From: a virus
Taxonomy: Duplodnaviria > Caudoviricetes
Virus record (IMG/VR): IMGVR_UViG_3300032328_000227
Span: 1 to 63,344 of that record
Direction: 5' to 3' (one strand)
DNA: 63,344 bases
Within the stretch, counting starts at the first letter, position 1; each line of letters opens with the position of its first letter. Shown here in pieces: positions 1-9,703 of the stretch. The translations under genes and the position numbers were made by a program. The notes under the pieces were generated by a model, which was given only the letters and a program-made list of their open reading frames with translations, ran no database searches and was not told the origin of the DNA.

Positions 1-123
1 ACGGCCTTGTGCGTATAACGCATTTTGTGACTCTGCATCTCTGTATGTTGACGTAATTAGTACATCAATATTGTGTTTGGCGCAAGACGCAATAAACTGC
101 TCGCACATTGTTTTGACTCTAGG
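1..123. repeat. Terminal direct repeat, copy 1 (circular assembly overlap)
   Basis: 1-123 is identical to 63222-63344 and lies inside the endolysin CDS. Confidence 0.97.
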
Positions 124-156
124 ATGTAAGTCTTCTAGTTTACGTGAGTTAACCAT
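1..156 (-). CDS. 5' part of the endolysin, continuing across the junction into 62964-63344
   Basis: ATG at 156 reads MVNSRKLEDLHPRVKTMCEQF..., in frame with ORF 62964..63329. Confidence 0.9.
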   Translation of the reverse strand, partial: MVNSRKLEDLHPRVKTMCEQFIASCAKHNIDVLITSTYRDAESQNALYAQGR

Positions 157-157
157 G

Positions 158-364
158 TTATTTTACAGCGTCTTTGAATGGGGTTAAATCTAAATTTCCG
201 TAGAAATCTTTACCTTTTGTAATTTGAATTTGTAAATGTTCTTTATTACGTTTAACAGCATCTGCCCAATCTTCATCAGATGTGTTTTTTGGTTTACCTG
301 CTCTAATAAGATTAACTGAATCCATAGCTGCATTATAGTGAAGTTGAATTTCTTCTTGTGTCAT
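158..364 (-). CDS. Small protein downstream of tail fibre (assembly-chaperone-like)
   Basis: 68-aa ORF with AAGGA RBS, directly after the fibre gene. Confidence 0.55.
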   Translation of the reverse strand: MTQEEIQLHYNAAMDSVNLIRAGKPKNTSDEDWADAVKRNKEHLQIQITKGKDFYGNLDLTPFKDAVK

Positions 365-378
365 TTTGTTTTCCTTAG

Positions 379-2067
379 TTAAGCAATTGCTACTGTTCTA
401 GCAGTTTCAATTAAGTTAGTCCCATCTGATACAAAAGTGATATTAAAGTATCGTGCCGTTACTGTACCTGTAACTAAAGTTCCTGTAGATTTAAACCCCG
501 ACCCAAATGTAATCGTATATGAAGTTGTGCCCGAAGTAAGAATACTTAATACGCATATTGCACCGGCACCAGGAACTGTAGTTGTATATGTAGCATCAGC
601 ATTAGGCGTTACTCTAACTACGTTATCTCCACCAAAAGCCATAGCGGTAGTACCAGCAGCAAGAGCACTATACCCTCCATTAATAACCCCACTAACGTTT
701 AGATTAGCTGCACCAGGGTCTGTAGTGTTACCAATTGATACACCACCACTTTGAGCAATCCTCATTCTAATATTACCTTGACCATCTGATAGGACAATGT
801 TGTTATTAGACGTACGAATATCTAAGCCACCACTATTACCGTCATAAGAACCTACAACGACGTTGTAAGAGCCAGTGGTAATTTCTTTTCCTGCCTGATA
901 TCCAAGGCCAATATTGTAATCACCTGCATTTGCGTAAAGTGCATTTACACCCAAAGCTGAATTATAATCGCCTGTAGTAAGTAATGGATTAACTCCTTTA
1001 GTATATGCGTAAAGTGCCCCACCACCCACTGCGGTGTTATTAATACCAGCACCGTTAAAGAGTAACGTACTTGGCCCTATAGCAGTATTATTTGAGCCTG
1101 TAATGCTCTGAGCCATAGCTGCATAACCTAAAGCTACGTTATAGCTGCCCGTAGTGTTTAAGTACATTGCTTGATAACCTAAGCCTACGTTATCACTACC
1201 CGTTGTGTTAGTACCCATGGTTAGGGTACCTAAAGATATGTTACGAGTACCTGTTGAATTGTTTAATAATGATGAAACACCTATTGCTATGCTTGAGAAG
1301 AAGCCAGTAGGTGAACCCGCTTTACCAACAGGTATCCCACTAACCGTAATGTTTGAAGAAAATGATGGGATTCCACCGTTTAGTACAACACTACCTGTAC
1401 CTGTTGACGTTGTAGTGCCTGTACCACCTCTAAGAACTGTTAATGTGCCAGTTGTGCCAGCTACAATAGGAAGCCCTGTTGCATTTGTAAGTGTGCCTGA
1501 TGAAGGGGTACCTAAAACACCACCATTAACAACTGGAGCACCTGCAGTACCTACGTTTATTCCTAAAGCAGTTGCAATACCTGTGCCAAAGCTAGTAATC
1601 CCCGTACCACCTGAAGTTACAGGAAGTGCTGCGCCTAAAGTTAAGTCAGGGATGTAATTTTCAGCAGCAACTACGTTAGTAGAATTGGCATAGACCATTG
1701 TTCTTTTGCCATTAGGTACTGTGATGCCAGTTCCAGCAGCGGTTTTTACTACAATACTTTGTCCACCCGAAGTGTTGTTCTCAATGATATACGGCTTGTT
1801 AATTGTAGGTACAATTAAGTTTCTTGATGCAGTAAGGGGTACACTCGACGTTACGTTAAGAATATAGTTACGTGCGACTTGGGTTGTATTTACATCTACT
1901 AGTGTAATGGTTAAATCGGCATCAGTAGTAAAGTTAGCTGTAGCTCGACCTACAATTGCCTCTTCAAGTGCTGTACCTAGGTTAATATTAGTAGTTCCAC
2001 CCCAAAGGCCTGACTGGTCCCCTGTGCCAATTAACTCAATTTTTAATACTGAATAGGTCGATGCCAT
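379..2067 (-). CDS. Tail fibre / adhesin-like protein
   Basis: G/T-rich, with ~14-aa NxAxGxxAL/NTTGSxN repeats of trimeric adhesin-head type; tail cluster context. Confidence 0.8.
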   Translation of the reverse strand: MASTYSVLKIELIGTGDQSGLWGGTTNINLGTALEEAIVGRATANFTTDADLTITLVDVNTTQVARNYILNVTSSVPLTASRNLIVPTINKPYIIENNTSGGQSIVVKTAAGTGITVPNGKRTMVYANSTNVVAAENYIPDLTLGAALPVTSGGTGITSFGTGIATALGINVGTAGAPVVNGGVLGTPSSGTLTNATGLPIVAGTTGTLTVLRGGTGTTTSTGTGSVVLNGGIPSFSSNITVSGIPVGKAGSPTGFFSSIAIGVSSLLNNSTGTRNISLGTLTMGTNTTGSDNVGLGYQAMYLNTTGSYNVALGYAAMAQSITGSNNTAIGPSTLLFNGAGINNTAVGGGALYAYTKGVNPLLTTGDYNSALGVNALYANAGDYNIGLGYQAGKEITTGSYNVVVGSYDGNSGGLDIRTSNNNIVLSDGQGNIRMRIAQSGGVSIGNTTDPGAANLNVSGVINGGYSALAAGTTAMAFGGDNVVRVTPNADATYTTTVPGAGAICVLSILTSGTTSYTITFGSGFKSTGTLVTGTVTARYFNITFVSDGTNLIETARTVAIA

Positions 2068-2068
2068 G

Positions 2069-2194
2069 TTATAACCCTTTAATTAATTCTATTTGAAACC
2101 CAGTCACTTCAACAACTACGTCTTGTTTATCTACAGGCTCAGTTGGCTCTGCAGGTTGCATGATTTCAGTTTCGGTTTGGTTTTCAATACTCAT
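2069..2194 (-). CDS. Small acidic hypothetical protein (41 aa, not in ORF track)
   Basis: MSIENQTETEIMQPAEP...IKGL*; TAATG coupling to upstream gene; fills the gap exactly. Confidence 0.55.
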   Translation of the reverse strand: MSIENQTETEIMQPAEPTEPVDKQDVVVEVTGFQIELIKGL

Positions 2195-2403
2195 TATGTT
2201 ATTACCTCCACCCATGTTACGGTTTGTTCATTGTCAATTGCAGTCCAATTTGGATTTTGACCATTTGAAATTAGGCCCCATATTAACACATTTCCTATAT
2301 ATCCAATAGCCTGAACACCTGTTGCGTTTACTACTTTAGGTAATGCTACTGCTCCCCCTAGGGATGCAAACGGTGCTTCAGCAAAGGAAGTAATGCCAAA
2401 CAT
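2194..2403 (-). CDS. Short tail-associated protein (MFGITSFAEAPFASL N-terminus)
   Basis: ORF coupled to both neighbours; N-terminus typical of phage tail-region proteins. Confidence 0.6.
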   Translation of the reverse strand: MFGITSFAEAPFASLGGAVALPKVVNATGVQAIGYIGNVLIWGLISNGQNPNWTAIDNEQTVTWVEVIT

Positions 2404-2669
2404 TAAGCATCCTCTGCATCAGCAAAGTCTTTTAGTTTTACAGCCAAATAGATTTTTGCTCGGTCTGCATCTGCAATATAGTCTTCACCATCTAGCGTAA
2501 TTGACTTAGATGTCACTGGAGATAAGTCTGCGTTGCGAGTTTCTTTTGAGATGTATCCTGCAATTACAACTTCCACTAACTTGTTTTTGTAATCTTCATT
2601 AATGGAATAAATGTTCCAATAAGATACATCTACACCCCAATTTGTTGATTCTGTTTTTAGTAATGCCAT
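2403..2669 (-). CDS. Putative fibre chaperone, paralog A
   Basis: Clear paralog of 10206..10472 (MALLK...YWNI...EVVIxGYISKE...YLAxKxKDFxDAxD). Confidence 0.6.
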   Translation of the reverse strand: MALLKTESTNWGVDVSYWNIYSINEDYKNKLVEVVIAGYISKETRNADLSPVTSKSITLDGEDYIADADRAKIYLAVKLKDFADAEDA

Positions 2670-2678
2670 AATTTTTCC

Positions 2679-3962
2679 TTAATATGAAGTAAAGCTATTC
2701 CACCAAGCTGATTGTGATATGTTAATTTGGTCTAACGCATATACTGTTGTATCGCCAATATCTTTAATTGCGTTCATTGCTGAGTTAATTTCAGGAATAT
2801 AATATGACAATGATGTTGCTACAGCTCCAGTAGATTGAGCACCTAAAAGCAGTGTTAATGGTGTTCCAGTTGCCGTTGTTAATCCTGTTGGTAAAAATGT
2901 AGGCGAGCCTGAATCTTCGATTATTATATTAGTATGCCAATTTGTATAAGGATACCTTACGTCATTTATATTAGTAATTGCAATGCTAAATATAAGCACC
3001 CCAGCACCACTATTATTAAGAGTTTTAGTATTTAAACTACCTGAAATATTATAATCAACCCCTAGTTGCACTTGGCGAATATAGTCACCTCCTCCAAACG
3101 GGGTTCTTTTTTTGACCGTAAATCCATATATACCTAAAGGTAATGTTCCGTAAGCCCCAGTATTTTCAGATGCTAAAGGTATTTTAGTTGTTGTTGTGGC
3201 ATTTGCTGGAAGCACAGAATATGGTGTAATCCCTGTCACGGCACTATCTAAATAACCAACCCAATTATCTCCAAAAACAAAAGCTTCATTTACAACTGTT
3301 CTAGTTTGAGCCACCCCATCTTTATCTCTAAATACAAGCGTAGCCCCTAAACCAATTGGAAAATGGCTTACACTAGTAACATGTCTTGGAGACACTAAAG
3401 TAACTGCCCTCCCACTCCCGTTTTCTGAAAAAGGACTTAAATCAATAATATTTTTAGTGTACTGGTCAGGGTTTTTTAAATTGCCAACTGAATACACATT
3501 CATAAAGGATGCTAAAGGAACTGGTCTACCGTTAACAGCTCCCACTACTAAATCATTAATTGTTTTTGTTAAAGAGCCGTTTGTATATCCTGATATATAT
3601 GAATTTGCAAAAGTTTCTGCTACTGAGCAAGTAAAAGTGCTTGCTAAAGCCCCATTATTTGTATTGAGCGTTACTTGTCCTGTTCCATTAGCTAACGTAA
3701 CAACATTAGGGAAAGTAGTCGTATCACAGATAGTAGGTGTGTTGTTTACAACGCTAGTGACAGGTTGACTACAGAACACCGTATTATTTACAAAAGCATT
3801 AAGCGTTGTTACTTCAGCCTTTGTTGCATCTTTAATGGTGGTCGTAGTAGTCGTACCGCCTGATGTGGTAGTGTACGGTACCGTATAGGCTGTAGGATTT
3901 TGAAATGAATCCCATCCTTTAAAATAGGTTGCGGTTGAACCGCCATTAATTGTGACTGGCAT
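2679..3962 (-). CDS. Tail-cluster protein with C-terminal trypsin-like serine protease domain
   Basis: TLVSPRHVTSVSH (His), GDNWVGYLD (Asp) and EDSGSP (Ser) motifs in chymotrypsin order. Confidence 0.65.
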   Translation of the reverse strand: MPVTINGGSTATYFKGWDSFQNPTAYTVPYTTTSGGTTTTTTIKDATKAEVTTLNAFVNNTVFCSQPVTSVVNNTPTICDTTTFPNVVTLANGTGQVTLNTNNGALASTFTCSVAETFANSYISGYTNGSLTKTINDLVVGAVNGRPVPLASFMNVYSVGNLKNPDQYTKNIIDLSPFSENGSGRAVTLVSPRHVTSVSHFPIGLGATLVFRDKDGVAQTRTVVNEAFVFGDNWVGYLDSAVTGITPYSVLPANATTTTKIPLASENTGAYGTLPLGIYGFTVKKRTPFGGGDYIRQVQLGVDYNISGSLNTKTLNNSGAGVLIFSIAITNINDVRYPYTNWHTNIIIEDSGSPTFLPTGLTTATGTPLTLLLGAQSTGAVATSLSYYIPEINSAMNAIKDIGDTTVYALDQINISQSAWWNSFTSY

Positions 3963-5386
3963 TATCCAATCCTAATAGCACGTTGATATATTCTTGCAGA
4001 TATTGTTCCTGCTGAAAATGTTGCTCTTACATTGCCATATCTTGTATTTGCGTTAGACCCGTTAGATGATGCATAAACAACTGGCGGAAGTGTTATTGTA
4101 AATGACCCTTCTGTCGGAAGATTTGCTGTCATTCTTATAGTAGATGATGCTGAATTAATAGTTGGTGATGATGAGCTTGTCGTTAGATTAATGCCTGCAA
4201 TCATTTCGGTAGCAATTAATGTTGAAGAAACTGTAAAATCAACATACCCAGTAATTAACCACATTCCTTGTGTAAGCACCATAGTGTTACTATTTTCCAA
4301 AACTCCTGATGTTAATGAAAGAAGAGTTCCACTACCATTTATTGTTGTTCCAATAGAAGCTGAACTACTATTGTTAAAATTATATGCACCCTCCCCAGCT
4401 AATGGCAATCTAGTCCAGTAAGAATTAGATGCAGTTCCTTGTATATTTGCTACAAAATTTATTTCTACAGCATTGTAATTGTTAAATGAAAACTTTGGCT
4501 TGTCAACAGAAGGGAGTGCTGGAAATGTAGGAAAATCTGCCGCAATTGGTTTATACCCAGTTAGTACAGTAGGGTCACCAGATTGATATGCCAATGTAAT
4601 TGTTACGGAACTTATACTCCAAAATCCAGAAAAATAAATACTTTGAATAAACACTTTAAATGATGGAATTGATGTGGGGTTAGGCAACTTTATATTTAAG
4701 TTAGTATAATTATTGCTTGTGCCTTGAATTGCTGGGTCTATCATTACATATAAATATGAAACATTATTACAATCAATATACACACCACTTGCAGGGTTGG
4801 TTAAGTTAGCAATATTAGAAGCGTTAAGTGTAAAAGTTAATGTGCCGCCATTACTATAAGCCCCTAATATTTGAGCCTGTCCTGCTGTGCCATTAAATCT
4901 TACTAAAGCATTTGCATCTGTAGCATACCCAACTTCAGAAGAGCCACCAGCTAATGGTAGTAAGTTAGCTAGTGTGTCAGAACGCAAGTTTACGTTAGCA
5001 GAAATATTGCCTGTTAGTGCTGGGCTGTCACTTAATACAACACTACCTGTGCCTGTAGATGAAACTGCGCTATTAGTGCCTAGAATTGCCTTTTCAGCAG
5101 GATAAGTACAAAATACGTCTTTAGCAGCAGAGCCAAAGTTGACCAAAGAGCCAGCGTTAGACGATTCTAAAACTGTGTCACGAGTTAATGTACCAGCACC
5201 TACTGTTCCTAAACCTACTTCAAAGTTTCCTGTGCCTGTTTCAGTAATGGTGTAATAAGTTGTGTTGCCATTACCAATAACACTAGAAAACGTTTGAAAA
5301 GCCTGTGGTGCGCCTGTAAGCGTTAGCGTTCCTGTGCCTGATGTGACACTATTCTCTCTTACCCTGTCTTTAATAATTAGAGCCAT
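3962..5386 (-). CDS. Tail fibre / receptor-binding protein
   Basis: Virion-attachment-type N-terminus (DRVRE...FEVGLGT...KDVFCTYPA) followed by a beta-rich C-terminus. Confidence 0.75.
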   Translation of the reverse strand: MALIIKDRVRENSVTSGTGTLTLTGAPQAFQTFSSVIGNGNTTYYTITETGTGNFEVGLGTVGAGTLTRDTVLESSNAGSLVNFGSAAKDVFCTYPAEKAILGTNSAVSSTGTGSVVLSDSPALTGNISANVNLRSDTLANLLPLAGGSSEVGYATDANALVRFNGTAGQAQILGAYSNGGTLTFTLNASNIANLTNPASGVYIDCNNVSYLYVMIDPAIQGTSNNYTNLNIKLPNPTSIPSFKVFIQSIYFSGFWSISSVTITLAYQSGDPTVLTGYKPIAADFPTFPALPSVDKPKFSFNNYNAVEINFVANIQGTASNSYWTRLPLAGEGAYNFNNSSSASIGTTINGSGTLLSLTSGVLENSNTMVLTQGMWLITGYVDFTVSSTLIATEMIAGINLTTSSSSPTINSASSTIRMTANLPTEGSFTITLPPVVYASSNGSNANTRYGNVRATFSAGTISARIYQRAIRIG

Positions 5387-5399
5387 TTAGAACTCCTAA

Positions 5400-5828
5400 T
5401 TAGGCGATACGTAAGATTGCGTTTGATGCATCAGCCGTTGGAAAAATAATAGTAAAGTCACCAGCTGATGATGTTTTGTCTGAACCAAAGTCTAGCACCG
5501 CAACCGCTGTGTTATCTGTGCTGTTATAAATTAAAGCGCCACGAGCAGTAATAGTTGATGATGCCCATGTTATATTTGCAAAGTCAATGAACGCTGTTGT
5601 ACCCGATGACGTAGGAATTTGAGATACTGTTAGTGTGTTACCACCCGCAGTGTACCCTGCACCCACTACTTCGTCTGTTGTTGAGTATGCTGTAGTTGTA
5701 GCACCTAGGGTAGCTGCTGATGTATACAACGCAATTTTATAAACCTTTGTTGTACCTGTATTAAAATTCTGCGCACCACTAAGTATTTGAACCTTAAAGC
5801 TTGTGCACATTGCTTGCGAAATCGGCAT
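5400..5828 (-). CDS. Structural tail protein
   Basis: Beta-rich 142-aa ORF (KIALYTS...GYTAGG...ARGALIYN) in the tail cluster. Confidence 0.6.
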   Translation of the reverse strand: MPISQAMCTSFKVQILSGAQNFNTGTTKVYKIALYTSAATLGATTTAYSTTDEVVGAGYTAGGNTLTVSQIPTSSGTTAFIDFANITWASSTITARGALIYNSTDNTAVAVLDFGSDKTSSAGDFTIIFPTADASNAILRIA

Positions 5829-5841
5829 TTGAAACTCCTAA

Positions 5842-6762
5842 TTATAAAGTGTTGTATTGCAGACTCGTTTGCCCTTTTCGGTACGAATCATTACGTTCTA
5901 GGCCATCACCTAAACGTTTAAGTTGAGCTATTGCGTCTTGAAACATTTTTTCGTAGTAGGTGACCATATCAGCTTCACCTTTCATAAATATAACTGCTTC
6001 GCGCATAGCACCGTAAAACAATACTGGGTCGTAGTTATCGCCTAGCCATGAGGTACCCGTAGCATTATTAATGGTACTTACTGGAATAGAAAAGCCACTA
6101 CCAGCTCCTCCAAGATAAGAATTACTAACACTAAGCACATCACCCACCACATATAGTGAACCTCCATTATTAATGGTTACAGAAGATACTGCTCCACTTG
6201 AGACTACGATAGTAGCTGTAGCATTTGCACCCATTCCGCCTGTTAACGGCACATTGTTATAGGACCCATTAACATAGCTTGAACCAGCAGTAATTGAACC
6301 TAGTGACGTAATTACACCTTGTACAATTGATACTGGGTAATAAAAGTAATGCAATTCGGTAACGTAATTAGCATTGGGGGTAGGTGCTATAATTGCGGTT
6401 AATTCATTTAAATTATTTGTAGTTGGTCCAAACAACGCGTAATATTTAGGTAATCCTGTCACCGATGGGTTTGGATATGACTCACGAAGAAAGTTAACGT
6501 CTTTGTTTAAGAGGTATGTGTATTTACCAGTAGCATCAATTACAGCTATTGAATATGTAGCAAGCCAGTCGGTTGGCAAGGAAAGGTACTGCAGCGCAGT
6601 AGTTAGACTCCCTGTTACATTTTTACGTAGTGAAGGTAATTGCACTGTATTATATATACGTCTTTCAGCCTCTTGCACAAACACAGGAATATTAGAAACA
6701 AATAATGCTTCTGTATTCTCAGAATAATCTTGAATTACCTGTGTTAGCTGGATGTAGTTCAT
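5842..6762 (-). CDS. Head-tail adaptor / tail tubular A-like protein with G/S-rich insert
   Basis: Helical N- and C-termini, PKYYA...IAPTP...ELHYF core, WL..NYD.VLFYG motif; central beta-rich insert. Confidence 0.6.
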   Translation of the reverse strand: MNYIQLTQVIQDYSENTEALFVSNIPVFVQEAERRIYNTVQLPSLRKNVTGSLTTALQYLSLPTDWLATYSIAVIDATGKYTYLLNKDVNFLRESYPNPSVTGLPKYYALFGPTTNNLNELTAIIAPTPNANYVTELHYFYYPVSIVQGVITSLGSITAGSSYVNGSYNNVPLTGGMGANATATIVVSSGAVSSVTINNGGSLYVVGDVLSVSNSYLGGAGSGFSIPVSTINNATGTSWLGDNYDPVLFYGAMREAVIFMKGEADMVTYYEKMFQDAIAQLKRLGDGLERNDSYRKGQTSLQYNTL

Positions 6763-7109
6763 TAGCCCATTTTTCCACTAATCTTACGACCTTTAGTAGC
6801 CGCGCCATAACCACGCATTTCACCAACACCGTATGGGTTATCACGATTAGCACCACGGTCACCGATACTTACATTCATAGCAACTGTTGAAGGGCCTACA
6901 TCTTTAGCCGCACGTGTGTTTGGATTTACACTAGACTTAATGTCTGAGCTATAAGTGTTGTTCATTGGTTGTTTGTACACACCAATATCATTGCCGCCAC
7001 CTGATGGGTATACAAAATCAGTATACGCACTTGCGTCTTTGTTTTCTTTAGCATGCCCTAGTGGATAGGAGTCAGCTGCAGTTGTTTTTACAGAATCATT
7101 TTTAGCCAT
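6762..7109 (-). CDS. Small protein with basic RGYGAATKG tail
   Basis: Coupled ORF; C-terminal motif related to the neighbouring basic mini-proteins. Confidence 0.65.
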   Translation of the reverse strand: MAKNDSVKTTAADSYPLGHAKENKDASAYTDFVYPSGGGNDIGVYKQPMNNTYSSDIKSSVNPNTRAAKDVGPSTVAMNVSIGDRGANRDNPYGVGEMRGYGAATKGRKISGKMG

Positions 7110-7113
7110 GATA

Positions 7114-7290
7114 TTATCCTTGGTTTTTTACACGAGCTAGGTTACGGCCTACTGATTTCATTGCATCAGATGATACGCCTTTTGAACCTTTGCCTGATTG
7201 AATGCCGACTTTTTTACCGTCGTCGCCTAAGTTCTTACCTTTTGTTTTGCCTGATTTAGTTACGCCATCAGCGCCTGATTTAAAAGCCAT
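7114..7290 (-). CDS. Small K/G-rich protein (58 aa, not in ORF track)
   Basis: MAFKSGADGVTKSGKTKGK...RNLARVKNQG*; AGGAG RBS; shares ADG...GKTKGK with 9129..9365. Confidence 0.8.
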   Translation of the reverse strand: MAFKSGADGVTKSGKTKGKNLGDDGKKVGIQSGKGSKGVSSDAMKSVGRNLARVKNQG

Positions 7291-7306
7291 TTTATTACTC
7301 CTAAAA

Positions 7307-7696
7307 TTAAGTTGTTGTTACTGAGACTATACCTACTTGACCCACTGCAATCAAGTCATTTGGTGTTAATGGTGTATCAAACCCACTGGCACCGCCAACA
7401 GGATTCCAACCCCATTGAAATACTCGACTACCCTCACTCGGATTACCCCCTGCATTTAATCCTGACACTGCATAACTATTATCTCTGCGAGGTTCTCTAA
7501 CCGCTTGTGGGTCATTCACTGGGTAAAGCCCTAGTTGTAGTTGCGGTTGGTCTGGTTCCCAGCATTCAAAACAAACTAGTATGCTGACCTGATGGGTCTT
7601 AATTGTTAGCTTTTTAAGCTCCTTTAATTTATATCTTTGTCCACATCTATCGCACTCAGCAATTGCGTGTTTACCACTAGCGTACTTGGTTGGCAT
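7307..7696 (-). CDS. Zn-ribbon protein of the virion module
   Basis: CDRCG...CFEC, with PQAVREPR motif. Confidence 0.7.
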   Translation of the reverse strand: MPTKYASGKHAIAECDRCGQRYKLKELKKLTIKTHQVSILVCFECWEPDQPQLQLGLYPVNDPQAVREPRRDNSYAVSGLNAGGNPSEGSRVFQWGWNPVGGASGFDTPLTPNDLIAVGQVGIVSVTTT

Positions 7697-8418
7697 TATC
7701 TTGTATAACTCATGTTACGTGGCACAAAACGGATACTTGCTTTTTCACGGTCTTCTTCTGCAGCAAGTTGGAACTGTTGTTCGTAATCTGTTTTAAGTGC
7801 CATTGAGCGGTTAGGGTCTACACCTGGAATCTTCATGCTTAAGTAATAAGCTAATCCCGCAACCATACACGGCAGAAATCGGAATGGAATATCCTGAGTA
7901 TTAACACCATCGCCAGCATCCTGTAGTCTACGTAAGCGCCAATAAACGAAAATATATTGCCCGTTAGGAGCATTAGGTGTAGGCCAGACATTGATTTGAG
8001 GGTTCTTAATTCCACTTGGTGTTGTAGCTCCCGACTGACGATTAATCCACACTTGGATTGGTTTACCTTGTGCTAACTTGTTTGGGATAGTTGAATAGGT
8101 AGACTCTGAAATACGGCTGATATTAATATCAGTTTGTTGTATCGTACCTGTCTGGGTTCTAATTACGTGGTCTAGTAAGTCAATGGTGTCAACAGGTAGG
8201 TCATATGTTCCCACTCCTGTAGAAAGAGTAATCTGACCTTGTTCAATAGTCCATAAATTAATTCCACGGTTTGCCCATTCTATTGTTAATAAGTTTAAAC
8301 TACGACGCGCTGTACGGAAATCATAACCTGTACGTAGCTCTGAACCACAACGCTCAAAAGCCTCTTCAACGAGGTCATTTAAATCTAAGTTAAACGCTGT
8401 AGTAGCTGTAGTTGTCAT
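7696..8418 (-). CDS. Head-tail connector / adaptor protein
   Basis: Adaptor-like layout (VEEAFERCG...LNLL..EWANRG...VWPTP...DIP.RF.PC); virion module context. Confidence 0.65.
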   Translation of the reverse strand: MTTTATTAFNLDLNDLVEEAFERCGSELRTGYDFRTARRSLNLLTIEWANRGINLWTIEQGQITLSTGVGTYDLPVDTIDLLDHVIRTQTGTIQQTDINISRISESTYSTIPNKLAQGKPIQVWINRQSGATTPSGIKNPQINVWPTPNAPNGQYIFVYWRLRRLQDAGDGVNTQDIPFRFLPCMVAGLAYYLSMKIPGVDPNRSMALKTDYEQQFQLAAEEDREKASIRFVPRNMSYTR

Positions 8419-8547
8419 TTATTTTTCCCACTCAAGCATAATCTGCACAATGAATAAATTAATAATTAAATAGTTGCTGTCTTCATGGTCAGCTAATTCA
8501 ACACCAACCATCATGCCCGTAATAAAACTCATGTAGCAAGCAAACAT
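8419..8547 (-). CDS. Small hydrophobic hypothetical protein (42 aa, not in ORF track)
   Basis: MFACYMSFITGMMVGVE...LEWEK*; fills the gap exactly. Confidence 0.6.
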   Translation of the reverse strand: MFACYMSFITGMMVGVELADHEDSNYLIINLFIVQIMLEWEK

Positions 8548-8548
8548 A

Positions 8549-8800
8549 TTATTTTACCTTTCTAAAGGGTTTAACTTTACTTTTAATCTTGTCTGGCTGT
8601 GCTACAAACTGTTTACCAGCTGCTTTACCTGCACGTTTTGCTTTAGTTGTTGCAGCATATTCTGCTGGGCTAAGTGCTTTAATCGCCTTTTCAGGTAGGT
8701 ATCGTTCACCTGTTTCAGATGATTTTTTACCCGACTTGGTAGTCCACTTCTGGTCACCCCAAGCTTTTAACGACTTTTGGCTTTTAGCTAACGCACTCAT
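8549..8800 (-). CDS. Small basic protein (DUF5872-like)
   Basis: W..QKW.TK...ERYLP..A...LS..EY.ATT.AKR motif; family call from memory. Confidence 0.6.
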   Translation of the reverse strand: MSALAKSQKSLKAWGDQKWTTKSGKKSSETGERYLPEKAIKALSPAEYAATTKAKRAGKAAGKQFVAQPDKIKSKVKPFRKVK

Positions 8801-9129
8801 TTATACCCACCACCTGCGGCTTTATAGCGTTTAGCAACTAACTGTGCTTTTCTAGCTGACCACTGACCTGCGCCTGTACCCTGTGTTGCTTCTGACTTTA
8901 CCGCTGATACAATACGTTTTCTAAGTTCAGGTTTTGTGTAGTTACCAGCAGCGTTAACATTACCGCCTTCAGCAAGTTTTTTACCTTTAGGAGCTTTAGG
9001 GGTACTTGGCATTTTTACCTTGCCCCCTTTTTTAAACTCAGTAAAGTCCGTGTCATCACGGCGTGGTGTCTTCTTGCCTGATGGCATTTTGCTAGGTTTA
9101 ATTGCACCCATACCACGAGAGGCTCTCAT
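8797..9129 (-). CDS. Small basic protein
   Basis: NYTKPELRKRI...GQWSARKAQL C-terminal block; FKKGG and LAEGG motifs. Confidence 0.7.
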   Translation of the reverse strand: MRASRGMGAIKPSKMPSGKKTPRRDDTDFTEFKKGGKVKMPSTPKAPKGKKLAEGGNVNAAGNYTKPELRKRIVSAVKSEATQGTGAGQWSARKAQLVAKRYKAAGGGYK

Positions 9130-9365
9130 TACATCATCTTCCCACGAGTCTTACCTTTAACGCAGCAACCATCAGCGCGAGATGAAGCTGAACCGCCTTT
9201 AGCCATTTTCTTCATAGCTTTACCACCGCCACACATACCGCCTTTAGCAAATGGACGTGGTTTAATTGGTTTGCCATCTGGTCCTGTTGGAGGACCATCA
9301 TCTTCCATTTCAGGTACAGGAGCAGGTTTCTTAGCTTTTTTCTTTTCTAACATATCATTCATCAT
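9129..9365 (-). CDS. Small K/G/M-rich protein
   Basis: FAKGG, MAKGG and ADG...KGKTRGK motifs. Confidence 0.7.
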   Translation of the reverse strand: MMNDMLEKKKAKKPAPVPEMEDDGPPTGPDGKPIKPRPFAKGGMCGGGKAMKKMAKGGSASSRADGCCVKGKTRGKMM

Positions 9366-9367
9366 AA

Positions 9368-9703
9368 TTAACAGACCTTTCCTTTAGTTTTACCACGGAC
9401 TTCAATGCCGCCGCCTTTAGCCATCTTCTTAACCTTACCACCTTTTTTAAGGGTTTCTAAGTCAGTCTTCTTGCCACCGTGCATTTGTTTGTCATGCATA
9501 CCAACAGCTTTTTTGACTGTCTTTTTGTCTTGCATCATATCCATTTTATCTTTAGCCATACCGCCTCCTTTAAATTTTTTACCTTTATCAGCGGCAGAGA
9601 ATTCTTGACCTACTGACTGTTTGATACCGACCTTCTTTGCAAACGATGGGTTGTGTGCAATTGCTTCCATAAAATTATGTTGTTTCTTAGATGTACTAGG
9701 CAT
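9368..9703 (-). CDS. Small K/G/M-rich protein
   Basis: MPSTSKKQHNFM N-terminus; FKGGG, LKKGG and MAKGG motifs. Confidence 0.7.
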   Translation of the reverse strand: MPSTSKKQHNFMEAIAHNPSFAKKVGIKQSVGQEFSAADKGKKFKGGGMAKDKMDMMQDKKTVKKAVGMHDKQMHGGKKTDLETLKKGGKVKKMAKGGGIEVRGKTKGKVC

